A stretch of 64,000 nt of DNA from Felis catus (taxonomy: Eukaryota): assembly GCF_018350175.1 (NCBI RefSeq), contig NC_058368.1, positions 125,552,001-125,616,000 of the forward strand, written 5' to 3'. Shown piece after piece: positions 23,690 to 36,007 of the stretch. The first letter of the stretch is position 1. Every line of letters begins with the position of its first letter. Made by a program: the position numbers and the translations under genes. The notes under the pieces are model-generated. The model ran no database searches. It was not told the DNA's origin and saw nothing but the letters and a program-made list of their open reading frames with translations.

Positions 23690-24700
23690 TTTTTATTAAT
23701 CCTAATGGATACTTCTCAAATGTTTTTTATCTGACCTGTCCATTGACTTTGTTGAACATCATTTTCTTCCTGAATTCTTGCTTCTTTGGGGTTCTGACAT
23801 GTGCCTTCCCCATCTCCTCTCCTTCTCTCTGACCTCTCCTTCCTCGGGGCTTCTCTTTTTCTGCCCTTTCCTTAATGGCAATGTTTCAATGGTTTCTTCT
23901 GTGATCCTCCTATCTTTGTATTCCGTATATTCACCCTCCATACTTTCATCCATCAGTGACTTAATTGTAACTTATATACAAATATTTCCCAAATATGTAT
24001 GTCCAACCCATACCTGAGCTTTAGGCCCATTTCTACCACCAGTCATTCAGTTGCCCAAGTCTGAAACTGGGCATTCTTTAAAAAAATTTTTTTAAATGTT
24101 TATTTATTTTTGAGACAGAGAGAGAGCACAAGCAGGGGAGGGTCAGAAAGAGAGGGAGACATAGAATCTGAAACAGGCTCCAGGCTCCACACTGTCAGCA
24201 CAGAGCCCGACGCGGGCTCAAACCCACGAACCACGAGATCATGACCCGAGCTGAAGTTGGATGCTCAATCAACTGAGCCACCCAGGCACCCCTAACTGGG
24301 TGAACAATTTCTAAGTTCTTCTGATTCACTTTAATTAATATCTCCTTACTGATTTGCATATCCCCCCTTCCCATTGACATTATTTTGTGTTTTCTTAATT
24401 AACCTCCTGACTAGTTCTTTGCCTTCAGTTTTGTCCTCTCCATCCGTCCTCCTTACTGCATTTAGAGGACCATTTCTCAAACAAAAATCGCTAGTCAATC
24501 CTTTCTTTGCATAAAGCTAAACTCCTTCATAATTTATACAAGTCCTTTGAAATCTGCCTTCCACGTTCCCATATTTCTGCCCCCTTGTACTCTTTGTGCC
24601 ACTTACTTTGAGCTTGCAGTTCCTCTTTGTGTTCTAGGCCCTTGCACATGCTGTTCCTAAGTCTTGGCTAATCCTTTCCCTGCTTTCTTTCCTTGGCTAA
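23690..24700 (+). mobile_element. L2 remnant interrupted by a SINE
   Basis: atctgacctgtc..ttcagttgcccaagtctgaaactggg..ggcccttgcacatgctgttcct; pyrimidine-rich L2 signature. Confidence 0.6.
24087..24292 (-). mobile_element. Can-SINE
   Basis: Typical body; aactggg on both flanks. Confidence 0.95.
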
Positions 24701-24861
24701 GTTGTTCCCAGAAGATCTCAAAATTATTTGTCTCTACCACTTTTAAACTGTCAAAAATCACTGAGGGCCCCAAAGAATTATTGTTGATGGGAATTATAGT
24801 TATCAATATTTACTATATTAACAAAAGTAAGAAATTTAAAAATAGTTATTCATTGCTTTAT

Positions 24862-25086
24862 TTTATTTTTTTAAAAGTTTAGTTATTTTGAGAGAGGGGG
24901 TCAGAGAATGAGAAGGGGAGGGGCAGAGAGAGAGAGACAGAAACAGAGACAGAGACACAGAGAATCCCAAGCAGGCTCCACACTGTCAGCATGGAGTCTG
25001 ACGTGGGGTTCAAACCCATGAACTGTGAGATCCTGAGCCAAAACCAAGAGTCAGACACTTAACTGACTGAGCCACCCACGTGCCCC
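24862..25086 (-). mobile_element. Can-SINE
   Basis: SINE body; flanks tcattgctttatttt / tcattggttgatttt. Confidence 0.93.
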
Positions 25087-25334
25087 TCATTGGTTGATTT
25101 TAGGTAACAGTAATGGCAATAACAGAGCATATAAAAATGGATTTGACAAGACAAAAAAAATTTAGTGAAAAGAGTGGCATTGCTTTACATTTTTGCAAAT
25201 GTCTTTATGCAGATGGCTCAATAGAAGGCACTGGAGTCTCATATTTGGTTTTGAATTCATATTGCTCTGCAATACATTGTTTTGGTTGAAGCACATGAAA
25301 TGTATCTGGCCTCAAGCAGATATGTACTTGTTAG

Positions 25335-25559
25335 GTACTTGTTTACTAGGGCTGTCATAACAAAGTATCACAAACCAAGTGGCTCAAACAACAGAAATTT
25401 ATGATCTTCTAGTTCTGGAGGCTCAGGTCTGAGATCAAGGTGTCAGTATGACTGTGCTCCCTCTGCAGGTGCTGAGGAAGATTAGTTCTCTCTCATAATT
25501 TCTGGAGGTTCTTTGGCTTGTCCCAACAAACTTCAGTCCTTATATGTTGTTCTGTGTGT

Positions 25560-25603
<44 letters not shown>

Positions 25604-25785
25604 CTGTGTGTCAAAAATTTCCATCTTTTAAGGACACCGGTCATACTGGATTAGGCCCTACTCTAACGACTCGTTTTAACTTATTTCTGTCAAGGTTCCA
25701 TTTCCAAATAAAGTCACATTCTGAGGCACTGGGGATTAGGACTTCAACACATCTTTTTTTGAAGAACAAAATTCATCCCACAGCA
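25335..25785 (-). mobile_element. MLT1B-like MaLR LTR containing a (TG)n tract
   Basis: ctagggctgtcataacaaagtatcac..aaacaacagaaattt..aaataaagtcacattctgagg; 5-bp flanks gttag / gttgg. Confidence 0.85.
25553..25610. repeat. (TG)n microsatellite
   Basis: Read directly. Confidence 0.95.
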
Positions 25786-26024
25786 GTTGGAAAAGGCAGG
25801 ACTTCACAAGACTCCTCTGAGAGGGTCTCAGAGTCTCCCAGATCCCTTTGGATTACATGTGGAGAAATGCTGCTTGAGCCCATCCTTTGCATTTAGCCTA
25901 GAAGTCCTCTACTCTGCAACACCGTCCTTGATGCAAGCCTGTTTTAGGTACTTTTGCAGCATCCTGGGCTTCCTCCCCTTATCACAGGACTTATCATCTT
26001 CTTTTGGAATTCCTTATTAAATAA

Positions 26025-26434
26025 TGTATAAATCAGCTTGGGCTGCTATAACAAAACACCACAGTCTGGGTGGTCTTAAACAAGAGAAATCTATTTTCTC
26101 ACAGTTTTGGAGGCTGAAGTCCAAGATCAGGGTGCTGTCAGGGTTGACTTATGGTGAGAGTTCTTCTCCTGGCTAGTAGATAGCTGCCTTCTCACTGTGT
26201 CCCCACCAGGCCTTTCCTTTGTGCTTGTGCAGGAAAGACAGGGGGAGGGAGGAAGGGAGAGAGATATAGCTGCTGTCTCTTCTATTATTATAAACACGAG
26301 GCCGATTAGATGAGGGCTCACCTTAACAACCTCATTTAATGTTAATTACCCCCCTAAAGTCTTTATCTCTAAATACATTGGGGATTAGGTCTTGAACATA
26401 TGAATTTTGGAGGGACATAATTCAGTCCATAACA
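26025..26434 (-). mobile_element. MLT1A-like MaLR LTR
   Basis: gggctgctataacaaaacaccacagtctgggtgg..aagtccaagatcagggtg..attcagtccataaca. Confidence 0.88.
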
Positions 26435-28129
26435 AGAGGTCAGTTTCCTTTACTAGACCTGACCATTAAAATTTATGATCAGTTGACCAGTGGTCAGGGA
26501 TCATTATTTTTAAGGTGAATTTTGATCAATATGGTAAAATATAACTTAATTTGCCTTTTGTAAGTTTAAATCTCTTACTGAGAAAAATCTCTAAACTTTC
26601 TTTCCGTGGATTGTTTAAAATAATCCTCTAAGTGCAGAAAATCTCAAAGTCACATCCTTTAGATCGGTGAGAGTAAGGGTAATTTAAAGAGTCATTAATA
26701 CATTTATTAAAGTGCTTAAAACCATCTTGTGGGAGATACATTTGCCAGTGTTTGTAAAAAGAAGTTTTTATAGTTCCATTAGAAGTTCCTAAAATATAAC
26801 TTGATTGTAGAAATGCAAGAGACTAAAATTGAAGGGACTTCAATTTTCCACGAAATGTTTGGGCCATCATATTCCTAAAAGTGAGATTACTTATATGCAT
26901 TTTAACTGGGATTTAATGAACAGTGCATAGCAACACAATGGAAGAAGCATGATTTATTTACTCTGGACCAAAATGTTGGAAGAGATCTGTCTTATTGTGC
27001 CCAGGTAATTCTAATGTCCTGCCCCTGTTCCGTCCATTCTCTTTTATATATGATTGTCAAAAGTAGTTAAATCTTGATTGCAGCTTAGTTCATGCCATTC
27101 TATGGCCACCTGCCTCCTCATGTCTGTTCATGGACCTGGCTTCTTTAGAGAGAAAACTCCAGTGCTTCCAAGCCAAGAATGTCAGCATTAGTGAAGATTC
27201 ATGAAAACACACTTAGATTAGAAACATATTTATTTTGAACTAAACTTCAAGTGATGTAAATTTTATTGGCTATATTTGGCAAGATGGTCACTGCTGAGGT
27301 TACAGCTCCTTTGGCTGTTCCCTTTTGAAGTCAGGATCAGCCCTTCTGGCTGACGAGGATGGCGGGGCATTCTGCATTCGATCCATTTTAACTTCCAGAA
27401 GAGGAGTGTGACACACGAGATCGCAACTGAATGTGGTAAAGTTCTCCATCTTGTCCATTGGATTGATTTGGATTCCTTCGCAGTCATGACCCACAACAAA
27501 AGAGAGAGCATTCTGGAAAAGATTTCATCAAATTCTTACAGCCTGACTCACTCCTTCTCCCCATCTCTCTCCTTTTCCAACCCGGCTCTCTGCAAAACTC
27601 TCCCAAGTATAAATCATTTTTCTGAAGTTATTTATCTGTCTGTCTCTCTACCTAATTGGAGATGTGCCTAGATTTATGTGAATGTGATGTTGATTGTTAT
27701 TTTAGGTACTTGGATTTGGAATGACTTTGGGATTTTTTTTTCCACTTAAAAATTTTAAGTCCAGTATAGTTGAAATATAGTGTTATCTTAGTTTCAGCAT
27801 TTTTTGTATGTTTTAATTGGTTGAATTTAAAAAAAACCTTTAGCATGTATTGCTTCTATAAAAATAATAATGCTGCTTTAAGAAAATTTATTGAATTATT
27901 GTATGTTTTTCAACTAACCATTACTAACAGTCATGTGTAAACTTTTAAAACTGGTTGAAAAAAGAGCCGTCTATACTCACAAATGTTGAGACTTATTAAC
28001 TTTTGATTTTGAGAGGTTTAATTAATGAGAGTATTAAAAAAGATAAAAAAATGGTAGTAATAAATGCAAAAAAGTAGTTAAAAGCCTTACTTCTATGAGA
28101 TCTTGCTGAGTAAATAACATTGATGTTAA

Positions 28130-28335
28130 TAACTATACTGGCCCTTTATATAGTGTCCCTCCACATTAGGTATCTGTAACATTCACAACAACCCCTGAGA
28201 TACATTCTAGCATTTCTCCATTGTACATTGGAGGAGGCAAAGCACAGGGTAGTTAAGTGGCTTGCTTAAGGTAACACAGCTAGGAAGTGGTGGGACCAAA
28301 GTTCAAATCCGGGCAGTCAGGCTCCAGAATCCTTA
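28130..28335 (-). mobile_element. MIR
   Basis: cacaacaacccctgag..ggttaagtggcttgcttaaggtaacacagctaggaagtgg..ggctccaga. Confidence 0.85.
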
Positions 28336-28729
28336 GGTAACCTCTCGAGGCAAATTTGTAGGAGAGTCATATTTTGTATCCAACACCTTGTTATCTCAGT
28401 TTTGAAGGTTCTTCCTCTGGAACATGTGGGGCATTTATTCTGATTTCCTATTGCCCAAACACGCATACCAGGCATATACTGTATGTCCCCATGTTTCCTT
28501 CTTACTTTCCTGTCATCAAAATTTGTCAGTCTTATTTCTCAGTCTTCAGAATTCTGGCATTTGTGTGTTGGTTTTTATTAGCACACACAGGCATGATGAC
28601 ATCACTAGAGACAAGTAATTGCTCCTAGATAGGGAATGTCTGACAATTTATAATGTGCATACATCCAGAAGTCTCTAGTAAACAGTAATAACAATAAAAC
28701 ATAACGAGGATTTCAGGTCATATCGATAG

Positions 28730-28910
28730 CTACTATTTAGTAGGTACTTACTATATGCCATGGACTTCTACAGAATTTCTAATTCTTTAACCGTGCTGTG
28801 AGCTGGCCATTGTATACTCAATCTATAAATAAGAACATAGGCACAGCAACCAATTTTTTACCCAGGATCACATAGGTATACTTTGAGCTCTCCGACTCCT
28901 GGTTCCCTCC
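28730..28910 (-). mobile_element. MIR (diverged)
   Basis: tacttactatatgcca..cccaggatcacatag..tccgactcc. Confidence 0.55.
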
Positions 28911-30270
28911 TTCTTTCAGTCTGTCCTCTGGCTGCCCCCACAGGGCTCTTGAGACATAGATCTTAATGTGTCACATCTGGGGCTCCATCTGAGGTAGCCG
29001 GTAACCCCACAGAAAACCACAGCTTGCCTCTTTCCCTCTCTTCCACCTTTTCCTTTAGGAAACTCATTATCACAGGGGTTCTCGGTATATTTCTTTTCTA
29101 CTTTAAGCACACTAAGTCACTTTCTCTTATTCTTAAATTTTATTTTACATGGAATTAACATTCCAGACATGTTGTCTTATTTACCAGTGTTTTAATCATT
29201 TGACTGCATTTCTTTGGAGTGGTTGCAGTTATTGTTTTGGAACTTCATTCAGTGTTCTAGATTTCCTTCTTGAAAATCTTAGTTTTATTTGAACATTGGG
29301 TATAAATGGCATTTTGTCACTTATATTTTTATATTGCATGAGTGACTTGAAGCATTCAAATCTGAATTAAAATTTGTTCAGATGTCAGTTCCTTTCTAAG
29401 TAATTGGAGTAGCGAGGGGAGACATGCCTTGGGTGATGAGCAGCTATTTTTTCAAGGATGATTAAGTGTCATACAAACTGTCCTTTCCTTTCCTCTGCCC
29501 TTTATGGATGCCTGAGCTTGAATCTGACATACTGTCCACAGCACATCTAAAAATGTGCTGCAGATGATTTTCTAAATGTTCACCTCCAAGTTGAGTCAAC
29601 TGCTTGCGTGTGTTAAATGTGTTGCTGAGCAGAAAGTTGCAGTATTTTGGGGAATGAAACAGCTTGCTCCATTACTACTTCAGTGGTATCGCATTTCCCC
29701 TTTTTAACACTCATGTTGCAATTCTTAGTGAGAGTGTAAGTGGGCCGGCTTCTCCCGCAGGAATATTGGGAACATCTGGCCATAATTTTTATATGAAGAG
29801 GTAAAGTAAGACTGTCCTGGGGCACACTGATATAATGTCATGACGGTCCCCCATCTGTGCTGTAGGTCACTCCTGTCTCCCCCAGGTGCCTGTTGTATTC
29901 CTTCTGCACTCAGGATCCTCCAGTTTCAAGTATCCTTTCCAACAGGGCTTTTCTTTCTTTCTCACTCTGTGGCCTCTTTATATTGACCTCTTCTCTGCTT
30001 TGTTCCCTCTCATGTGTCAGTCCCCTGGATCATAGCTGGAGGCCTTGTTATAGGATCTAGTGGTGCAGAATCCTAGAGTGCTAGAGTTGGGAAGGACATT
30101 GAGGTCTTTCTGGCCCAAGCCCAAAAAAGGTGGGAATTAGACCTAGAGATGTAAGGTGAGCTGCCACATTGGATCTTCGCTCCAGGACTCAACTGAGCCA
30201 GTTGATGTTAATCCTTCCCTATTGGAAATGCCTCTGTTTGCATTTTAACACGGACTCTAAGTGCTTAGAC

Positions 30271-30410
30271 CAGGGTTTCCTAAACTTGGCTAAGCATTCA
30301 AATCACCCCCAACTTGGTTCCAAATCTCCAAGTCTAGGCTGGGGGTCAGAAACTGTGCTCTTAACAGGCCCAGGTCATGCTGATGATTCAGGTATGTTGG
30401 AAAACTACAT
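30271..30410. mobile_element. MER5-like hAT MITE
   Basis: cagggtttcctaaacttggc..aatcacc..ttaacaggcccaggtcatgctgat..ttggaaaactac. Confidence 0.7.
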
Positions 30411-31132
30411 TAAACTCAAAGGCTGATTTGTAACATTGTACATTTTGGGTAACCAGTCAGGCTAGTGGGCTGGGCAGTTTGAGGCAATCCAGCTTTTCTA
30501 GCTCACATTGGTCCCCTCAGAGGGCCAATGTTGAGCGGAAAACAGAGGCAGATGTCCCTAACTGAATACTAAAATGCAGAAAATGGCTCCCCAAACTCAA
30601 ATGGCACCAAATTAATATTTGTTAACATTGAAGATATTAACATAATCATGGAACTGGGTGAAAAATAAATGCCTTTCCAAGGTGGAGCTAGGATCCCTCA
30701 TAAAGAAGGGCCTATCTTTGTTGAGAGCTACATCTTGGTAAGACACATCAAGCAGAAGATGAAAAGGAAACTAGAGAGGTTGCTCAACCACACTTTATTG
30801 GAGAAGAATGGGAATTGGGATTTGGAGAAGAGCAGAGAAGAGCAGGGAGAATAGAACAGGATGAGGACAAGACTAGACAAAATAGTGAAATGACAGTAAC
30901 CCTATAGAACAAGGCACCTCTTCTGCAATTTTCAGTTGTTTGTGTTGCTACAATATTAACCCCCCCTTCCTCCGCCGCCACCTTCCTCCTCAGATCTCCA
31001 GCAAAGTGAGGTGGACATATGAATTCCTACATGGGGAACTCCCGACAGAACACACAGGATTGCAAGTAGACTTAATAAATCAAGCCAATTCAGTGAGGGA
31101 AGGAGCTTGGACTGAGACATGTCCATGGGTCA

Positions 31133-31314
31133 TAGGATTGCCAGGCATTCTGTATATAGAACAAGCTGTTGTATTTCACAATTTTGTCCTGAAGCATGTA
31201 TTGACTTTGTCAGGATGCCCTAAATGTCTTGTATTCTGCCCTTTTCAATAAATTAAAAATTCTGCTATTGAACTCGGTATCCTATATAGTTACTTGCTGA
31301 ATCTGGTAACCCTA
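31133..31314. mobile_element. Small hAT-type MITE (MER53/Blackjack-like ends)
   Basis: Terminal inverted repeats taggattgccag (31133-31144) and ctggtaacccta (31303-31314). Confidence 0.6.
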
Positions 31315-31459
31315 CAATGTAAATGTAAAGAAACCTTGGCAAGGACATTGGACTTTCTACAAGCGGTAAATGGTATTTCAATCTTACCTAGATTATCTGT
31401 AGCAGAGTGATTTAAGCTGACACTGAACTTATAATTAAAACTGGCCAGTCAAATCCAGG

Positions 31460-31632
31460 ACCTGTCAACCTTGGCTCACCATGGTCATCTGGGAACTAAA
31501 AAAAAAAAAATCATGCCCAGGCTCTATCCCCAGGATTCAGGATCATATGGTCTGGTGTGGGGCCAGGTCTCAGTATTGTTAAAGCTTACCCCAGGGCATT
31601 CCAAAGTGAAGCCAGGATTGAGAATCAGTGGC
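31460..31632. mobile_element. MER5A-like MITE
   Basis: tcaaccttggct..atgcccaggctc..ggtctggtgtggggccagg..gccaggattgagaatcagtg. Confidence 0.75.
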
Positions 31633-31883
31633 CTATCCTTCGGGAAGTCTTATGTATATATAGCTGTGATGGGTAAGTGTCAAAGACTTGGGGTTGGGGT
31701 AGAAAAGAAGGAGGGGGATAATTCCCAGGAAGGGGACTATTTCCACTGGGATCTAACTGCCTACTGGAAGGCGTAGACCTGGATACAACTGAAATATATG
31801 TCACTTGGAAATCTATGGCCTCCTCTCCTGATATATAATTCTATAACAAAAGGGAAAAAAGCCAAGAGTCTCCTGCTCCACTA

Positions 31884-32281
31884 TGTCATTCAGGCTTAAA
31901 CTAAAGAAACAGTGGTGGGAGTTAGAGATTAAGAGATTTATTGCAAGGCATTGGCTTATAGGATTGTGGGGACAGGTAAGACAAGTTCAAAATCTATGGG
32001 TTGTTTGAAATCCATATGACTGTGCCTCAGGAAGAGCAGGCTGGGATTCTTGCACAGGAGGTTAAGTGGCTGTCCACAGGCAGACTTCCTTCTTCCTCTG
32101 CTTTTAAGGCCTTTTAGATGACTGAATCATTCCCCAAACTATTTTGGATAATCTCCCTGAGAGTCAACTAATGGTAGATTTAGTCACATCTAAAAAATGC
32201 TTTCACAGCAACACCTGGCTTATTGTCTGATTGAACAACTGGACACTATAGCCAAGTTGACACATAAAACTGACCATCACA
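31884..32281 (-). mobile_element. MLT2-like ERVL solo LTR
   Basis: gagatttattgcaaggcattggcttata..gccaagttgacacataaaactgaccatcaca (characteristic MLT2 end). Confidence 0.85.
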
Positions 32282-32294
32282 CCTACCTCATGTT

Positions 32295-32446
32295 TTTTTT
32301 TTTTTTTTTAGTAAAACATGTGACAGAAAATTTACCATATTAACCTTTTTAAAGTGTATAGTACAATAGGGTTACCTCTATGCACATTGTAGTGCATAGA
32401 TCTCTAGAAAAATTTCATTTTATGAAACTAAAACTCTCTGCCCTTC
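32295..32446 (-). mobile_element. L1MB-like 3' end (resumes at ~34260-34290)
   Basis: aaatttaccatattaacctttttaaagtgtatagt..aaactctctgccc, continuing as aacaacaactcccc after the L1+SINE block. Confidence 0.65.
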
Positions 32447-32449
32447 ATT

Positions 32450-32900
32450 TTAAAAATTTTTTCAAAGCTGTGAAGTATTTATTATTTATGTATCTATTTT
32501 TTAATAAAAAATTAAATTTAATCCAACTTAGATGACATATATTGTAATAATGATTTCAGGAGTAGAATTTAGCGATTTATCACTTACATTTAACACCCTG
32601 TGCTCATCACAACAAATGCCCTCAACGCATCCAACATCCCTCCAGCAGCCCTCAGTTTTTTTCTCTGTATATAAAAGTCTCTTATGGTTTGTATCCCTCT
32701 CTGTTTTTATCTTATTTTTGCTTCCCTTCCTGTATGTTCACCTGTTTTGCTTTTTAAATTCACTCAAATATATGAGTGAAATCATATATTTGTCTTTCTC
32801 AGATGGACTTATTTCACTTAGCATAATACATTCTAGTTCCATCCATATTGTTGCAAATGGCAAGATTTAGTTCTTTCTGATCACCGAGTAATATTCCAGT

Positions 32901-32941
<41 letters not shown>

Positions 32942-34045
32942 CATACACACGACATCTTCTTTATCCATTCATCAGTTGATGGACATATGGGCTCTTTCCA
33001 TAATTTGGCTGTTGTTGATAGTGCTGCTATAAACATTGGGGTGCACGTACCCTTTGAATCAGCATTTTTGTATACTTTGGATAAATACATAGTATTGCAA
33101 TTGCTGGGTCATAGGGTAGTTCTAGTTTTAATTTTTTGAGAAATCCCCATACTGTTTTCCAGAGTAATTGCACTCATTTGCATTCCCACCAGCAGTGCAA
33201 AAGGCTACCTGTTTCTCCACATCCTCACCAACATCTGTTGTTTCCTAAGTTGTTAATTTTAGCCATTCTGACAGGTGTGAGGTGGTATCTCATTGTGGTT
33301 TTGATTTGTATTTCCCTGATGATAAGTGATGTTGAGAATCTTTTCATGTGTCTATTGGCCATCTGGATGTCTTCTTTGGAAAAGTGTCTATTCATGTACT
33401 TTGCCCATTTCTTCACTGGATTATTTTTTGGGTGTTGAGTTTGATAAATTTTTTATAGATATTGGATACTAGCCCTTTATCTGACATTTCATTTGCAAAT
33501 ATCTTCTCCCATTCCCTCGGTTTCCTTTTAGTTTTGCTGATTGTTTCCTTCGCTGTGCAGAAGCTTTTTATTTTGATGAGGTCCCAATTGTTCATTTTTG
33601 CTTTTCTTTCCCTTGCCTCCAGTGATGTGTTGAGTAAGAAGTTGCTGTGGCCGAGGTCAAAGGGGTTTTTGCCTGCTTTATCCTTGAGGATTTTGATGGC
33701 TTCCTGTCTTACATTTAGGTCTTTCATCCATTTTGAATTTATTTTTGTGTATGGTGTAAGAAAGTGGTCCAGGTTCATTTCTCTGCATGTGGCTGCCCAG
33801 TTTTCCCAGAACTGTTTGCTAAAGAGATTGTCTTTATTCCATTGGATATTCTTTTCTGCTTTGTCAAAGATTAGTTGGCCACACATTTTTGGGTCCATTT
33901 CTGGGTTCTCTATTCTGTTCCACTGATCTGAGTGTCTGTTCTTGTGCCAGTACCATACTGTCTTGATGATTACAGCTTTGTAATACAGCTTGAAGTCCAG
34001 AATTGTGATGCCTCCAACTTTTTCAACATTACTTTGGCTAGTCAT
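32450..34045 (-). mobile_element. 5'-truncated carnivore L1 (~1.6 kb; ORF2 3' part and 3'UTR)
   Basis: ORF 33413..34045 ([34 protein letters not shown]) and following ORFs ([37 protein letters not shown]) are frameshifted L1 ORF2; internal (TG)n at 32899-32940. Confidence 0.97.
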
Positions 34046-34047
34046 GT

Positions 34048-34242
34048 ATTTTTTTAAGTTTATTTATATGTTTTGAGAGGGGGGGAGAGGCAAAGAGAGG
34101 GAGAGAGAGAGAGAATCCCAAGCAGGCTCCGCACTGTCACCACGGAGCTGGACATGGGGCTCTATCTCAGGAACCATGAGATCATGGCATGAGCCAAAAC
34201 CAAGAGTCAGAGATTTAACCAAGTGAGCCACCCAGGTGCCCC
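34048..34242 (-). mobile_element. Can-SINE abutting the 5' end of the L1
   Basis: SINE body ending ggtgcccc; no TSD of its own detected. Confidence 0.93.
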
Positions 34243-35798
34243 TTAAACTTCTGGGCTTGAAACAACAACTCCCCTTTCCCCACTACCCCCTGCCTACCTC
34301 ATACTTGTAATCCTTTCCTAAAACTCCTTTGAAGCTGCTGGAGTGCAACAATTCAAAGCAGAAAGAGGAAATACACTATAAGGTAACTTGGCTCTGGTGC
34401 CTTATTGTTTGTTACTACTCTTCCAGGCATTGTGGCCCTAGCAGCAGCAGCAAAGGAATGATGGGAGGCTCAGGCTTGGTACCTGGTTCTTCTACTCATA
34501 GTGGAGAGATGCAAGGGAAGAAAGAAGACCAGAAAACAAAGGAAAGGCAAGGAGCTGAGATCCTGCTCAGAGGCTAGGGAAAAAAGAAGTGCACAAAAGA
34601 ATTTGGAGACTTATTTATAATTTTGTTTGGGCAGTTTGGTATGAGGTCCCAGTTTTAATTAAAAATGCACTTAGGTTTTCTTTCTTTACTGCACAGGTGG
34701 TGTCAATGAACTTGAGGTTGTGAGTGTGATTTCTCTCTGAGTCATTTAGCTTTACTACTTCACAAGAACATATTGCACCCCTCACCCCAGAGAGTCCTCT
34801 TAGATGCTGCCATGACTGCAGGCACAGAAGAATGTAAACAGCTCAATACAAATTTATTCCTAATATGGGTGAAAAAAAGTCTTTCTCAGATTTGCAACTT
34901 CCTGATTATATTCATTGTTTGCAGAATGAAAACACCCTGGGTCAAGGGTTAGAAGGCACAAATGCCTGTATCTGGTTCCATCATCAGCTAGTTGTGCTTT
35001 CCTTTGCTCTTTGCTGAAATGGCAGAATTGTTTGAATTGGAAGGTGGCTTCCAGCCTGTAGGCTCCATGATCTTAAAGGGCAGTGTTCTCTGTGTCATAA
35101 CTGTCTAGGGTGAATGGCCGCAGAGTGTTTAGTTGGCCCCTTGGATTTGCTGGGGTCGCAGACTTACGTTTAACACATTATGTCTGGAGCAATTTCTGTG
35201 CAAGAGTGGTATGAACCATCAGCCAGAGTTTCAACTTCACTTTGTATTTGAACAATAATATTACTCTCCAAACCTGGGACACTTTTGAGAGTTACAAGGG
35301 GACACTCTTAACATTTGTATTGCAACAATGGCTGTAAGTTGGGCAAACTGAAACTCAGAACCTCTGGGTGGAGGGCAAGGAGGAATCACTGAATCGATTT
35401 AGTCAGGGAAATGATTTAGTTTTTCTCAGATTGCTCTAATAATTAAACAAGAAAATATGTATCAGCATATGTGGAAAGGCAAAGTATACTTGCTAGGTTT
35501 GCTTAAGGAAGACTCATCTGCTGCCAAGCATTAGAAGAGTAGGAGAAGGGACACCAGCAGCAAGGAGCTCAATAAAAGACTACCAGAATAATCCAGGCAA
35601 GAGGTGATGGGGGGAGGGGGTGGAACCGTTCTGGGAAAAGACCCGGGAATTCATAATCTTAGGCAATCAAAAGTCATGGTAGCAAGGAAGATGAAGCTTA
35701 CTCCAGCTTTTCAGAAGAAAATCATTAGCTATACATAATAAATAATGAGAATAGCCTGGTTTTGTGGTTATTAAAAATGTCATAATTTAGCGACTTTA

Positions 35799-36007
35799 TT
35801 TTTTTTTAAATTTATTTATTTTTGAGACAGAGAGAGACAGAGCATGAACGGGAGAGGGTCAGAGAGAGAGGGAGACACAGAATCTGAAACAGGCTCCAGG
35901 CTCCGAGCAGTCAGCACAGAGCCCGACGCGGGGCTCGAACTCACATACCGCGACCGTGACCTGAGCCGAAGTCGGACGCTTAACCGACTGAGCCACCCAG
36001 GCACCCC
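35799..36007 (-). mobile_element. Can-SINE (young)
   Basis: 17-bp TSD ataatttagcgacttta at 35782-35798 and 36008-36024; CpGs retained. Confidence 0.97.

Larger units (their letters stand above)
24710..25872 (+). mobile_element. MER119-like hAT element interrupted by a SINE and an MLT1 LTR
   Basis: gagggccccaaagaatt..aatttagtgaaaagagtggcattg..ttacatttttgcaaat..cagatatgta, resuming as gttggaaaaggcagga after the MLT. Confidence 0.75.

Noticed and set aside
33413..34045. 210-aa ORF (longest in the window) as a functional CDS
   Set aside because: It is a fragment of a 5'-truncated, frameshifted L1 ORF2. The overlapping 154-aa plus ORF (33462..33926) is just its antisense.
35262..35350. Possible MER81/MER94-like hAT fragment (ccaaacctgggacacttttgagagt)
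   Set aside because: Too short and lacking clear TIRs to call without a search.
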